Part shown: positions 26,634-39,994 of the stretch, one piece after another
How the letters are laid out: every line of letters begins with the position of its first letter
How positions within the stretch are numbered: the first letter of the stretch is position 1
DNA from: Squalus acanthias
Taxonomy: Eukaryota
Direction: 5' to 3'
Length of the DNA stretch: 64,000 nucleotides
Assembly (NCBI GenBank): GCA_030390025.1
Contig: CM059449.1
Span: 38,316,001 to 38,380,000 of the forward strand
The notes under the pieces: model-generated
What the model was told of the DNA's origin: nothing
Database searches by the model: none
What the model saw: the letters and a program-made list of their open reading frames with translations, nothing else
Made by a program: the position numbers and the translations under genes

Positions 26634-27611
26634 GGCCCAGAATTTGCAGTCAGCGGTGAAGCAAAGGCGCTCAGCTCTGCCTCCGAAGAAAGCTGCCCAC
26701 AAAGATCTAGCTATCTCTATGGCGAGAAGTTTGGCTTTTTCGTCGTGCAATTGAGATCGGTGTAGTCCAGTGGGATAGTGCGATGCTGCTGTAACGTCAA
26801 CAAACTGTCTCAGCAGCCAATCACAATGTAGAATTCTCACAGACGGGGAGACAGGATGTGAACAAGTTGTTTTCATTCTGACCTCTTAAAAATGTTATAG
26901 AGAGCAAAACAAAGATTGGGGCTCACTCATAGGGATAATCTAAACCTGAAATAATTATGAACAAACTAATAAAAGAAAAATAATTTCAAAAATGTCTTTA
27001 AAATTGTAATTTCTAGTATAATGAAGAATGTGATGCTCCATAAACTAAAATGTGTTTTTTAGGGCCTTATCGTTCTTTAACAGCCAATACGCTGTTTAAA
27101 CCCCAGTTACACCTAATCCAACAAGGTTTAACTTTTAATGGAGAACTTAACGGCGATATTATAGCGGAAAAGCTCAAGTTTTCATCAGTTTCACTGATTT
27201 TTCTGATTACATGCATTGCCGGTTATGGGAGCAGGTTGGGCCGCACAGCGCAGCCAGTAAATGACTGACCGCAAATTCAAGATTTCTGCGTTAGGATGCG
27301 CATGTGCTACAGGCTGAAGTTGCGGTTACTTTCAAAGTGATAATATGTTATTAAAAGGTCAGAATGAAAGCAACTTGTTCACTTCCTGGTTCTCTGTCTG
27401 TGAGAATGCTGCATTGTGATTGGCTGCTTAGACCGTTTGTTGACGTCACAGCATAGCCCACAATGAATTCCCCACTACACTGCACTGATCCCAACTGAAC
27501 GTCGAAGACGCCAAACTTCCCACCTCAGAGATCGGGAGATCTTTGTGGGCAGCTTTCTTCGGGGCCAGCGCTGAATGCCTTTGCTTCGCCGCTAACCGCA
27601 AATTCTGGACC
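26634..27611. mobile_element. ~980-bp MITE with ~260-bp terminal inverted repeats
   Basis: ggcccagaatttgc..gaagaaagctgcccacaaagatct at the left end; its reverse complement ends ..gcaaattctggacc. Confidence 0.85.
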
Positions 27612-27619
27612 TTTATGTT

Positions 27620-27741
27620 TCAGACTGTGGAGGAGTCGTTGACATCAGGCTTTTGTTGGTCTGCGAAAGGAAATCTTCTGCTTCTTCTTGTAAATAAATT
27701 TACGTTCTCAATGGCGGCTTTCAACTCGGCCGCATCCACAT
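27620..27741 (-). CDS. MHC class I-like gene, putative terminal cytoplasmic exon 7 (DVDAAELKAAIENVNLFTRRSRRFPFADQQKPDVNDSSTV*)
   Basis: Acceptor tttcacttcggttttctag|; phase 1 matches exon 6; open to TGA. Confidence 0.6.
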
Positions 27742-30244
27742 CTAGAAAACCGAAGTGAAACAGAACCAACACCCACTCAGCTCAGGGCAGCCTAGTTTCC
27801 CAGAATAGTCATAAAACAGGCGTTGGGACCTCATTAGCATATGGAAAGTGCCGAAAGCCTGTTTTACCAAACAGGACGCCTGAGAAATAGTTGATCCAAT
27901 TTCAGGAATGACATCCTTGGGGCGCAGGCCGTTAGTTCCTGAGATTGGCCCATGTTGCACCTCTGTTTTGCCCGTTAAATGCGCGCCACTAGATTCAATT
28001 GCTACACCTGGATCTACTTCTCGGCTGTAACTACTGGCAACTGGTTGTATAACATCACAAATGTCGCCGATAAAGACGTGGAATGATTCCGAGCCATTAT
28101 ATATACTTACTATCATGACTGTCACTGCTGCAGGAACTGTGGGGAGAGTTCAGAAGGTCAGGCGGAGGTTCTCAGGGAACAGACACCAACCCACTTGGAT
28201 TGTCTGTTTAGGGAAGTGAAGGCTCTAAACTCATTGTCCCGGGTCAGAGTCTGAAAGGGGCAACTTGTTCGGTATCTTCTGGTGTCTGGCCACTGACAGG
28301 TGAAAATAGATGTCTTCAGAGCAGCCGCACCCACCCTCTATTCCCTATTGCTCCTGGTCTTCACCCCATTGCCACCAAGTACAGGGAGATGCTCGCGGAG
28401 AATGCAATATCTAGCCAGAAACTCCAGTGGGAGCTGAGATGCAAAACAATTGTCTCCATTAAACTCACGATCCAAACCAAGCTTCCAAGGTAGCTCAGAA
28501 TTTTTTTACACACAGTTGCAGGGCTACCAATAGTAGGCTGTTAAAATCAAGGCCTGTAAGTGCACATAGTCACCTGCGGCGTTCCCTGGGAGCGGGGACA
28601 CATCTTTTATGGGTATCTCCAATATCAGGCAGTAATTCATTCATAACGGTGGAAAAATGACCTCTGTGATTTACAGGCCGGGGCCTTTTTGAATTACACC
28701 AGCTGCTAAGGGGCGCAGTTCGTTGGATTTGGCTCCCTGGAATGTCGCCTGGTTTCGACAACAGCAGCCGCTGTAAGTAGGTCCTGGGAAGGGTTTGAGG
28801 AGGCGAGGCCGAGGAGGGCCATTGCAGGCCGGCAGTACATTTCTTACACCCAGAGGAGCGCACTTTCTCCACAATGTGAAACGTACCTTTCCGGGACCTC
28901 GTCCGCTCCAACCCAGGTAGAACTGGTGGAAGGTGCCCGTCCAACTCTCGGACTAGTTCTCTCCAAAAATGGCAATCGGCTCTGATGTTCATTTTAAATA
29001 AGCCTGCCACCTGACTCAGTGACCACTCTGACCGTCCATCGTTGGCCCAGGGCAACATTGCTGCGGCCACAGTGACTGCGGTAATCAGCCGGTGGGTCAT
29101 TCCCAATCATTTTAGGGGCTCTTACCGTCTTATTTCAGCTGGATGGTAGGCCTGAATACTGAACCCTATGCAGTCTGGCATCCCTCAAGAAGCAAATGGC
29201 CATCAATTGCCTATCCCAACAATATTGCTCCAAGTTTGTACATTTTTCCACAGAACCGAATACCATTACCTCCTTTGGCAATCTATCCCATATGTTCACC
29301 CCCACTGTTAAATATGTAAATCTAAAATTTCAGTGAAATTTTCCTCTTCAATCCGGAGCTGAATTCAATGGAACGGAAAACTGGGGGTTGGGGTGGGGGG
29401 GGGCAGATTTACAATGGGCGGCTGATCTACTACCGCCCGTTTTAAGCCACCGTTGATATAGACAGTACATATGGGGCAGAAATTCATCTCAGGCAGAGCG
29501 CTAAACGGGCGAGATGATATCGGCCCGCTGTTTAAGGCCCCGCTTGATAGTTATATTGAAGGGAGGGTTACACTCAGACATATCTGTTTCTAAACAGTCC
29601 GTGTTCATGATAAAGATCATGTTTCATTTGGCAAGAATATTATGAACATTACCTCTAAATGATGTTGCATTAAAATCAGCTGTCATTGAAATACTGGAAT
29701 TTGCTGCTTGATATAAATGATGGAGTAAGTGGTGTCAGACCCATTTCCGCCGGTGAGGCCTCTCAGCAGCCGGCAATCTCCTGTCAGTAAATGCCGGCTG
29801 TTGGCCTGCGGGTCCCTTTCCATCAGTTGGGTGTGAAACCCCGCGGGTTGAGCAGGGTCTTGTCAAGTTTACTCCTATCTTATGTCACAGGCAGAATCAT
29901 AATTTCCTGCCATGTTTAGAATCAGAAAAGGGAGAAAGTGTAGGGCACAAACAGGGTAGAGAATTGAGGAAAAACTTACGGCTTAACTCAATGGCAGATT
30001 ATTGAAGTTGGTTGTGGGTACTGAAGTCCGCAATCTACAGAACAACACTCAATGATGAATTCGTTATTAAGCTGCGTCAATAATTCATATTTTATTCATA
30101 CTATTTGATACTGTTCGTTCACAAAAAGAATCAATATAATATGAAGGAACAATTTGATTGCTGCAGCTATAGGCGGTTTCTGCAAATTTAATCGTCAGGA
30201 AGATTGTTATAGGTATCAGAGATAAAAAAAAATACAACGGGAAC

Positions 30245-30400
30245 AGGTGGAGTTGCAGTGGTTTAGACACTGGCCTGTCACCTCGGGGACCTGGGTTTAA
30301 TCAGCCCGGTCTAATGGGGTGAAATTCTCTGATGTGTGCTGGCTGCACGCGTTTTATGTGAAATGAGTCCATCAGGTTCCTCATGGGGTCGGGAATACAG
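30245..30400 (+). mobile_element. Possible tRNA-derived SINE head
   Basis: A-box-like tgcagtggtttag and B-box-like gggtttaatc. Confidence 0.4.
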
Positions 30401-30629
30401 CAGAAATTTGAAGCCAATTCATCGGCAATTCCACTCAAAGAGGTCACCTGGTGGCTGGATTTGGAAATGGGAACCTGCTACACTGGTGCTGCCAGGATAC
30501 CCTCCTGTGTGTGGGTCTTTGTGTACCGCGGTGCTTTCCTCTGCACAAACCTTACCTGCGAGTGATTCGGGCTGACAATGGGTGCGTGAAATGAGAAGGG
30601 ATCCAGTCCCGAGTACCAGTAGCCCTCAC

Positions 30630-30661
30630 CTTGATCACCAAGATGAAGAAAACTTGAAGCA
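30630..30661 (-). CDS. MHC class I-like gene, putative cytoplasmic micro-exon 6 (S-ASSFLHLGDQ-D)
   Basis: tgtgttttag|32 nt|gtgagg; phase 2 in matches the TM exon, phase 1 out matches exon 7. Confidence 0.62.
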
Positions 30662-31213
30662 CTAAAACACACATGTCTTTTTTTCAATATGTATTTAAAA
30701 TTAACATTCAAGGGCGTGACCAAGAAATGCAAATCTTGTATTTATAAAAAAATCTAATAGACATACCATCAAATAAAATTCCGTTGTTTAATGTTTAGCA
30801 AAGTGAAGCCCAGTTTAGGATTACTCTGTTCATTGGTCTGATGTGACGTCGATGCCGACGGCACCAGTTATTACTGCACCACAAACAACAACTGTGAATG
30901 CTCAAGTCCGTGAAGGATCTGCTTCAGTTAATTTAGATCTTACAAAGACTATGTTCTAAAAATATCAACGTGGCATTCAAACTGTTTTTATTGTGATATT
31001 TGCATTACCATTGGGATGGAAAGTATCCCCTAACCACTATTGTTCCAAGGGCAGGTACTTAGTATGCTTATTCAAATAACTGGAACTAATGTCCATTACT
31101 GTGTGATGTAATTATCTCAGCAGACCCCTCTCAGATATATATGAGGGATTCATCTGAAGATATCTCGTCTGTGGGTCGTTAACACCAACAAGCTACGCTG
31201 CTTCTCATCCAAA

Positions 31214-34200
31214 ATGGGACGATCAATACTTGCACAGATAGAAGAAATGTACTACCCTATTCTCGCGCTGCTTGGTGCTCCTGGTAAGTCACTATTCTCA
31301 ATTACTGGTTATCTTTGCCAGTTGTTTAACTGTACTACTGCTCTTTCTTCCTATGTGATAATGGCATCTGATCATTCTGATCTATTCTCTGTATAGCTAC
31401 TTTTAATGGTATTGTTTTAAATGAATCACATCAGAGAAAATACGACTTGCTCTGATCTTTCAAAATCAGCATTCCTACCGATTTTATTCCATTGCAATTT
31501 TGTGCTGAATAGTCCTCTGGTTGGCAGGTTGAAGGGAGGAAGACTGGAGCCCGCCCACTGCACTGCCAACACTAACCTGCTGAAGCTTCCTCCTGGAGTC
31601 CTCATTGGTGATACAATGTTTATTGTGGTAACGCATCCCTTACTGGCTCCCCGCTATTGGGAGCGAGCGACATTTAGTGTTGATGCAATTTTTAAAAGGT
31701 TGAAACTAATTAAAGAGGGACATCACTTTTGGAGCTTCAGGAAGCACAACTGCCCAAGTGCCTTGAAGGGGCCGGAGGCTCAGGGCTGGGGGTCAACAGC
31801 AGGAAGGCGCTCAGATTGTCAGATGTATCTGTGAAGCTGTTGCTACTTGAAGCCATTGCGAGAAGAGATTTGAAGGGTTTTCTCCTCCCACTGGCGGGTT
31901 TGCGGTGGGCTGGTCCCAACGCTACTAGGGGGCATTTTAACTTTGGGCGATACTGTAAAATGAGTGTTATCGGAGGGGCCGCCCATTCTACACCTCCCCC
32001 GATTCCCCTTTGCATTGACTTGGATTTTGTCTGCAGGAGGTTGTAGAAACATTCCTTTGTGATGATTCACTGCAAGAGATTCCAAACTGGCCTCTTCTAT
32101 CTCCACCTCATAACATGGGAATAGTGGGATTCCCGTTGGGAAATGCATGTGCCCAGTCAATACTGTACATTCTGCAGAGCTGACTAAAAGGAGCACAAAA
32201 ACTCCAGACAGAACCTCCAGAGAACCAAACAGTTAAAATCAACAGGCAGGCAAAGTAACAGCAAACCTCAGCACTAGCAAACATAACGGCATGCTCAATG
32301 TGGAGTGGCCTCAGGGAACCAGTCTGCAGGTAATATCACCCTTATATAGTGCTGGTGACAAATGGGATCGCGGTTGGGGCAAATGATGCGGACAATGGGA
32401 GTCCTGTTGACTTTGGGTTATAATGTAAAATGTGTGATATCGAATTTTCCGCTAATTATAGGTCCTCCCTATTTCCAATCCATCGAATTCAATGGAAATT
32501 GAATTCGGGCCTGGCCTATAATGGGCGGTGAATCACATATCGCTCATTTTACGCTGTGCCCCAAAGTTAAAGTTACCTCCCAATTCAAAGGGTTTTTCAT
32601 CCCTGCTTTCCCCTATTTAAAGATAATCAAATGCCTTACAGGAGGTAGTAGAGGCGGGGACCATCACTGCTCCATTTTACCGAGTTTTTAGCACAAACAT
32701 GACCCTAATTCAGAATAAAATCCAGCCTCCTGCGGTTAGTTTATCTTTTGCCTCAGAGAAATGAAGCTCCTGGAGGAATGTATAACGGGCGGCCCATCCG
32801 ATATCATTACTTTTACACGAGCGCCGAAAGTCAAACCCGACCCCTTGTGTCCAGACCGAGTGTTAGAATCCCACCGGGAACAGATCATGCCGAGCTCGCA
32901 ATTTTTATAATTTTCAGGTTGGATGAGAAACAACAGTTTGCCTATGACTCCCCGGTACTAATCAGTGTGGATCATTGCACTGCAGCAAACTCGGAAGGTG
33001 TATATCTGTGGAATGTGCTACCTGGGCAGCGCCGATGCAGCGCCAGCAATCCGTGTCCCATCACTAGTTCTTTTACCAATCGCCCCAGGTTGTTTTTAGA
33101 TTTGGCAGCAACATTGCAAGTGAACTAACTGTTGGAAATTGATTAAAGCGTTTATACAGGTCATTCCTGAATTCCCACCTTTCAACTAATTAGAATGTAC
33201 TATATTTTATGGAGTACAAATCTGGTCTGGTACATTTCATGGATCCCGCTGCCGAGGTGTGGAGCGCTCTGACTCTCGGGCTATGTGTAGATACCCTACA
33301 ATCCAGTTTGAAATATTTTGATATCACTTTAGGCCAGAACAACGACTCACTCAGAAACTTAACTTATGGGCGTCAACACCAGGATAACACCTTGCTGGAT
33401 CTTTGAATATGTTTGCTTACAAGACAGGACTGAATATTACGTGGTGATTAATATTATTACACTATTACACATTACAATGCAAAATCACGAAGGTTATTTG
33501 CAAAAAAAGGAAAATAAAGATCTGTAAGTCCGATTTATAGTATCTTTGATGTAATCTGTAAACAAGACATCGAATCTGTACGGGTGGTGTTATGAAGTAT
33601 GTGTGTTCACTGATTTGTATCTAAAGTTGTTGTGTGCAAATAAATGCCAAATGATTGACTTAAGTTTTAGAAGTTACCGATTTCCAAAAGTTATTGGGGC
33701 AGATTTTGTGTTGGGTATGACAGCGTACTCTGACAGTATGCCATCACACCGCCTTTAAAATATATCACAAGGTCAGTATTTCCGCATGCACTTGCACTAA
33801 ATCCAGAATTTGCCATCTGTCAAGGTGCGCAACATACGGCCCGATATATGTGTGTACATATTGTCGATCGAGTTTCATTTTAATTACTTGGAAAGTTGGA
33901 TAAGAAACTTAAATAAAGCGAACACCTATCAGATTTCAGTAACGAATATGTCCTTATCGCTCAAACATGAACAACATAACAAGCAATATAATGCATTATT
34001 AACAAGAACATAAATTTATCTATTACCAGTCTAAATGAGGTCTGAATAATATATTTTAAGCCTGAAAGTTAACATTGAATATATGGCTGGTAATCTCTAT
34101 CTGAAATTCAGCAACATTACTTGTACCAGTGATAGATTGTTACTGAGTATCACAGCAGGAAGTTGTATAAATATCGACTAAAAATTTTTGAGTTTGGATG

Positions 34201-35587
34201 AAAAATAAAACAAAATGCTGATATATGAAACAAGTCCAAGTTTTTAGAAGTTTTTAAAATGTAATTTCAATAGAAGAGACGGAAAGCAGTTTCTGTGGGC
34301 GTGGCTTAGTTTGGGCAGCTTTTGTGGGCGTGTCTTCTCTTACGCACAGGCTGTCCGCTGCTCTCCTGCCCTTTGTGATGTCATTCGCTGCGCACAGCTC
34401 TGCAGCGCCGAAAGCATGTCTCCGTTCTGGGCCTTGCACAGGGTAAGATTGTACTCCGAGCTACACCGCCGATCGTAATTTTTGGGCCAGTATTTTACTT
34501 CGAGGCAACTCAGGAAAATAAGGATGTGCCGTGCATGGATAAATAGTTAGTCATCCTCAGGATTTCCACGTCTAGGTGGCACAGAGAGTGATTGATTTGA
34601 GTGAAGGAAAAATCAGCATTAATTAGTACACTTTTTTTGTTCCAATTACGTGTGATGTCCATAATCGTGATTTATTTACCCACACTCGCACTTGCAGCCA
34701 ACTTGGTCAAAATTGTGATTCTCTTCCGGGGAAAACGCGGCCACTCCATGGAAATCACTATTTACCTGGTGGCCATGGCAGTGGCCGATCTGCTGGTCCT
34801 GATATTTGGCGGGGTCCTGTATGAGATGAAAGCAATTTATTTCCCGGATTCATTCCTGGACTACACTCCGGTCTGCAGTCAGAATGTCTTCCTTATTTAT
34901 GCTTCTATTGAATGTTCTGTCTGATTAACTGTCGCTTTCACCTTTGATCGATTTGTCGCCATTTGTTGCCAAAAAATAAGAACTCAATATTGCACCGAAA
35001 AATCTGCGGCAGTGGTTGTAGCAACGATATCGGGGCTGAGCATTTTTGAAAATTTCCCAATGTACTTTATTTTAGTACCTCGCGCAATAATTGACAATAT
35101 ACCGTAGTTCTGTGAACTGAACTCAAAACTCTATACTGTACATATATGGGTTATATTCTTATGGCTTGACATAGTTTAAATCCCTTTTATTCCTTTTCTT
35201 TTGTTTCTGATATTCAATGGTCTGACCATCAGGCAATTTCTACTGAAAAGTAGAATCAGGAGGGATCTCCGGAGAATCGACAGTGACCCAGAAATGAACA
35301 ACCGCAGGAAATCCATCGTTTTACTGCTGGCCATATCTGGCAGTTTTATCATGTTATAGATGGTAAGTTTAATTCATTATATATCTGTACAAATTATGGA
35401 TATTCAATACTTGCACACAGACTGCAGTAATCCGTTCAACATTTTGGAACAAACTGGATATATGCTGCAGAATATGAGTCCTTGCACAAATACCATCATT
35501 TATGCAGTGTCCCAGACTAAATTCAGAGTGGAGTTAAAGAATCTGATTCAATATCCCTTGTCTGTAATTACTAAGTTAGGGAAATAA
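31214..35587 (+). pseudogene. GPR139/GPR142-like GPCR copy 3 pseudogene (exons 31214-31283 and 34698-35587)
   Basis: Collinear with copy 1 (AMAVADLL, FDRFVAIC, NTIIY); in-frame stops TGA 34922, TAG 35105, TAA 35177, TAG 35357; ICL3 is 15 nt shorter. Confidence 0.9.
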
Positions 35588-36564
35588 TTAGAAGGTCTGA
35601 GTCTAACCAGAGCTGACTACAAAGAATTGAGACTCGCTTCTATCTTATTTATTCAACACGGGCAGCAGCCGATCAGCCGCTTGTTATTCGCCCAACACCA
35701 TGTGCTTTTCGGTAGAGTTTAATAGAGAGGAAAGTCGCGCGGGAGTGTAATGAGCGTCCGACCTGCTCCCGCCTATTTTGCGCCGCACCTGAAGGTGAAT
35801 TTCACCCCTGGTCGGTGGAACTTTCACCTCTGGCGGGAGCGAGGTCAATGGAAGGAGATTCGGGCGGCGTTTATAGACAACAGACGATCCAATTCTCCCC
35901 ATTTTACTCCACGCCGAAGTAGAAAGTTCCCTGGAAAATTTTCCCTTTTTGCATTTGTGTGACATTTTAACTTTCAACTTGACTCTCTGGCGAAGATTTT
36001 CACCTTGTCGCTGGAGCCTGAAATCGATGTTGCAGATTGGCCACCGGTGCTAGAAATTCGTCTTATTCTCATTCCCATTGTAACCACAGGGTTAGCAGCA
36101 GAGTACTACACTGGCCTCGCTCCCTTCAGTTACAGAGGGAGAAGTGGCCTCGGGATTTGCTCCGGACAACTGTGTTGGCGATGCTGCTGGTGAAATGTGA
36201 GTGTGTGGACAGGATCGGGCGCGGCTGTGTTTCCAGTAATTGAACAGTGTTTGCAGTCACTGTTTCTGCTCACAGATGGAGACTGTCTACCTGAGGCCAA
36301 TGTCGGAGTCAATTGTACTAATTAGGAAGGTATAAATATTAACAAAACAAAATTTTAAATCCCTGGCGTGACATTATTCAGTGCGGCCGTTACGTAATGT
36401 CTAAAACGCCAGTTTGTGCAAATGCAGATGAGATTTGACAATGTTCCTTCAAAGTTAAACAAGTTAGTAATATTTGAATTAAGTGACTGAAACATAAGTC
36501 GGGGTGAAATGTTTATGCAAATTGAGTTGTTTCAGTAGTAAAGCAATTGCACTTAGATGAATAC

Positions 36565-37495
36565 ATGGAAATTCATATATCCAAATTTGCCGACGACACA
36601 AAATAGGTGGAATTGTAGGCAGTGTAGATGGAAGCATAACATTGCAAAGGGATATTGACAGATTAAGTGAATGGGCAAAACTGTGGCAAATTGATTTCAA
36701 TGTAGGCAAATGTGAGGTCATTCACTTTGGACCTAAAAAGGATAGAACAGGATACTTTCTAAATGGTGAATTCTACAAACAGTGGAGTTCCAAAGAGACT
36801 TGGGGGACCATGTACATAGATGATTAAAATGTCATCAACAGGTACAAAAAATATTCAAAAAGGCTAATGGGATGCTGGTCTTTATATATAGAGGTCTAGA
36901 ATACAAGAGGGTTGAACTTATGCTGCAGCTGTACAAAACCCTGGTTAGACCGCACTTGGAGTACTGTGAACAGTTCTGGGCACCACATCTTAGGAACCAT
37001 TTATTGGCCATGGAGGGAGTGCAGCGTAAGTTTACCAGAATGATATCCGGACTTCAAGGGTTAAGTTACAAAGAGAGATTGCACAAATTAGGGTTGTATT
37101 CCCTAGAATTTAGAAGGTTAAGAGGTGATCTGATCGAAATTTTCATGATATTAAGGGATACAGAAAGGGTAGACAGAGAGAAACTATTTCCACTGGATGG
37201 GAATTCGAGGCCTAGGGGGCATAGTCTAAAAATTAGAGACAGACCTTTTAGGAGTGAAATTAGCAAATACTTCTACACACAAAGGGTGCTGGAAGTTTGG
37301 AACACTCTGCCGCAAACGGCAATTGATGCTAGAACAATTGTTAATAGTAAATCGTAGATTAATAGCTTTCTGTTAACCAAAGGTATTAAGGGCTATGGTG
37401 CAAAGGTGCGTATATTGAGTTAGGTCGCAGATCAGCCAGGGTCTCATTTAATGGCGGAGCAGGCTTAATCCTCTTCCTATGTTCATATGTTCCTC
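36565..37495 (+). mobile_element. CR1 LINE 3' fragment
   Basis: KFADDTK region, RPHLEYCEQFWAP, FYTQRVLEVWNTLP, tail. Confidence 0.9.
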
Positions 37496-37899
37496 TGATT
37501 AACGATGATTATTTCAGCGTGTTCTTGGATCCAAAGCAATTCTCGCCTTTGACCCTCTCAGGTTCTGGTTAAACACCTTTGAAATCTAGGGAGTGAAATC
37601 CAAATGTTAGACAATCCCGAGATGATGGTGCAGAGCACAGTACAGAGAATGAAGTGACTTGTTCATTCTCTTTACATGGTCCTTCCCCTTCAATGTAGCT
37701 CAGTGGCAGTTCGTTTAGTGCACAGGAGCAGCGGGACTAAAGAGTGGTCGATTCTCACTGCTTTCGCCCGGCGTTAACGGGGCGGTAATGGCTTCCAAAT
37801 GGGGTCGGTAGCCTTATCTTCCCGGTAACGTTGTGCAGGTTCCAATCAGTTCCACAGGCGATGGAACCGGAGAGATTTGCTTGCACTCCGGACTGCCGG

Positions 37900-38106
37900 G
37901 CTGCCAAGTCACTATCGCCCGATTTGCTGCCAAGTCGCAATCGCCATTTTGCTGCCATGTCACTATCGCCCGATTTGCTGGCAAGTAGCTCTCTCCCATT
38001 TTGCTGCCAAGTCGCTTTCTCCCATTTCGCTGCTAAGTTGATCTCTCCCATTTTGCTGGCAAGTCGCTCTCTCCCATTTTGCTGCCAAGTCATTATCACC
38101 CGATTT
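37900..38106. repeat. Minisatellite, ~8 units of 25-27 bp (tttgctgccaagtcgctctctcccat)
   Basis: Visible tandem units. Confidence 0.85.
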
Positions 38107-38139
38107 GAACTACCGCCCAAGACAATTTTATACCCCAAT

Positions 38140-38320
38140 GGGTGTCATTTTAATTATTGGTGTTAATGTAAAACGGGCGATATTGAATTGGGTATCTGTT
38201 ATACACCTCTTCCGATTTTTCCATGAAGTCAATGGGAAAGAAAATTGGGGGAGGTGTGTAACGGGCGGCTGATCAGATATCGCCCGTTTTACCTTATCTC
38301 CAAATCTGAAAATGACTCCC
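38140..38320. mobile_element. Palindromic MITE family B, near full-length copy
   Basis: gtcatttt..gtaaaacgggcgatat...atatcgcccgttttac..aaaatgac. Confidence 0.75.
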
Positions 38321-39309
38321 AATGACTCTCCAACCTGTCTTTCCCCTATGAAGGTGCCATGATTGCAGTAGACACGGGCAATATTTGCCCTAAATGGGTA
38401 TTATTTTTAACACCTGGGAGTTCTAGTTCGCTTTGTGCTCTTCTGATTACATTTCTACCCTTTACCTTAATGTCACTCTGAAGCCATTTACATCACAACC
38501 TTAGATTTGGTGTGAAGGGATATTCTGGAGGAGGCAGTCTCCCTCTACTTCACCTGGTAGTCAGGTGGGGTCCTGGATCTGGACTTACACTTAAACATCT
38601 GGCGTTAAGCCAAACCAGCCCTTAGGGATCCTCAGGCTGCAGTGTGAATGTGGCCTATGGGAAGAGAAAGTACTCGCTCCAATGCAGAATCAGGAACGCT
38701 ATTAAACTTGCATTGTCACTGAGACAATTAGTGTGGATCTGTGTCCTGTCAGCCCACTTTCATTCACTTCTAGGAATTAAGGTTCGCCTTTAAAACGTTT
38801 CAGAGGAATTGACCCTTTCCATGAAGTGTGATGCTGACCTCCATTCTTAAATCTGGGTTCTTTTGATTGGCAGGTTGTGGGGTGCTGCATAAGGAAGTAT
38901 TTCAAGTATCCACCTTGTTCCGAAAAGACACACTTTCAGAGAGAACACTTGATGATGTTGGTAATAAAGGTTTTTTTAGCAAGTATGCTTCCCTCTGAAC
39001 ATATCAATCAAACATAAAATCATGTTGATTCTGATGGTGTTACCATGGGGAAAGTTTTCATGTGTGGGCCACCTGTTAGAAAACGTAAAGAGGTGACATT
39101 GGGCTCAGGGGGTAGCGCCAAATGGCGATAGCGAATCACCAGCCAGTTTCACAACAACCCCATGGGCTTTTCTATTGACTTCAATGAAAGGGCGGCCGAT
39201 TCACAAGTGGATATTTTGTGTTATCGTCGAAGACCAATTTCGCCCCCTAAATTGATTAACAAAGAACTGGATTTCAATTTCACTACACTTAGGGCACGTG
39301 CATATCGAA

Positions 39310-39940
39310 ATAAACAGAAGTTACAACATGGAAACAAATCCTTCAGCCCAACCAGTGCGTATCGGCATTTACTCTCCACACGAGTAAATATTACTAATCA
39401 CATTTACCCACCCTGTTCTCATATCCCTTCAACCCCTTTTCCCTTTGTCCAACTTCTCAATCTAATCTTAAATGTTGTGATAGTTTCTGCCTCAACTTCT
39501 CTCACTGGAAATGGATTCCACAGCCTCACAACGCTCCGTGAAAAGAATCGTCTCCTACCTTCTGTTCTAAATCTCTAACATTTAACCTGGTATCTATAAC
39601 CCCTCAATTTTGACCTTCAACTATTGGAAACCGTCTGCTTCTATCTACCCTGAGCCATCCGTCCATCATTTTAAACACTTGTATTATGTCACCCGGTATA
39701 GCATTGTTCAAATAAAAAGGCGCATTTTCCAAGCCTTTCCTTATATTTGTGTTTCCTTCTATCAGGCCGCATCCTAGAGAATTCACCTTGTAGCTTCTCG
39801 AAAGCTCAAGATCCCACCTATCGCGTGAAATTCAATACTGCACACAGTGCTCTAACTCAGGTCTTATTAAGGTTTTATAGAGGCTCATAGTTACGTCTTG
39901 GCTGCAATGTTCTGTACCTTTGGGGTTAAACCTAGAATTC
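39310..39940 (-). mobile_element. Old CR1 3' fragment
   Basis: GDIIQVFKMMDG..VDRSRRFP in the - frame. Confidence 0.7.
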
Positions 39941-39994
39941 CATTAGTAAGTTTGCCACGATAAGATACCATTTGTTCTCAAACAATTCAATAAA

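Noticed and set aside
30824-30920. Extra minus-strand class I exon (AFTVVVCGAVITGAVG, TM-like)
   Set aside because: Stops in the TM-like frame, weak donor, and phases do not fit the 2-to-2 requirement
34922-35359. Stop-codon recoding or selenocysteine rescuing GPCR copy 3
   Set aside because: The stops are a mix of TGA, TAG and TAA at Trp/Leu positions; ordinary pseudogenisation is simpler
37900-38106. CRISPR-like array (also 54107-54320)
   Set aside because: Contiguous tandem units without unique spacers, no cas genes, vertebrate context
38466-38477. 12-nt phase 2-2 micro-exon of the class I tail
   Set aside because: No polypyrimidine tract; cannot be supported without transcripts
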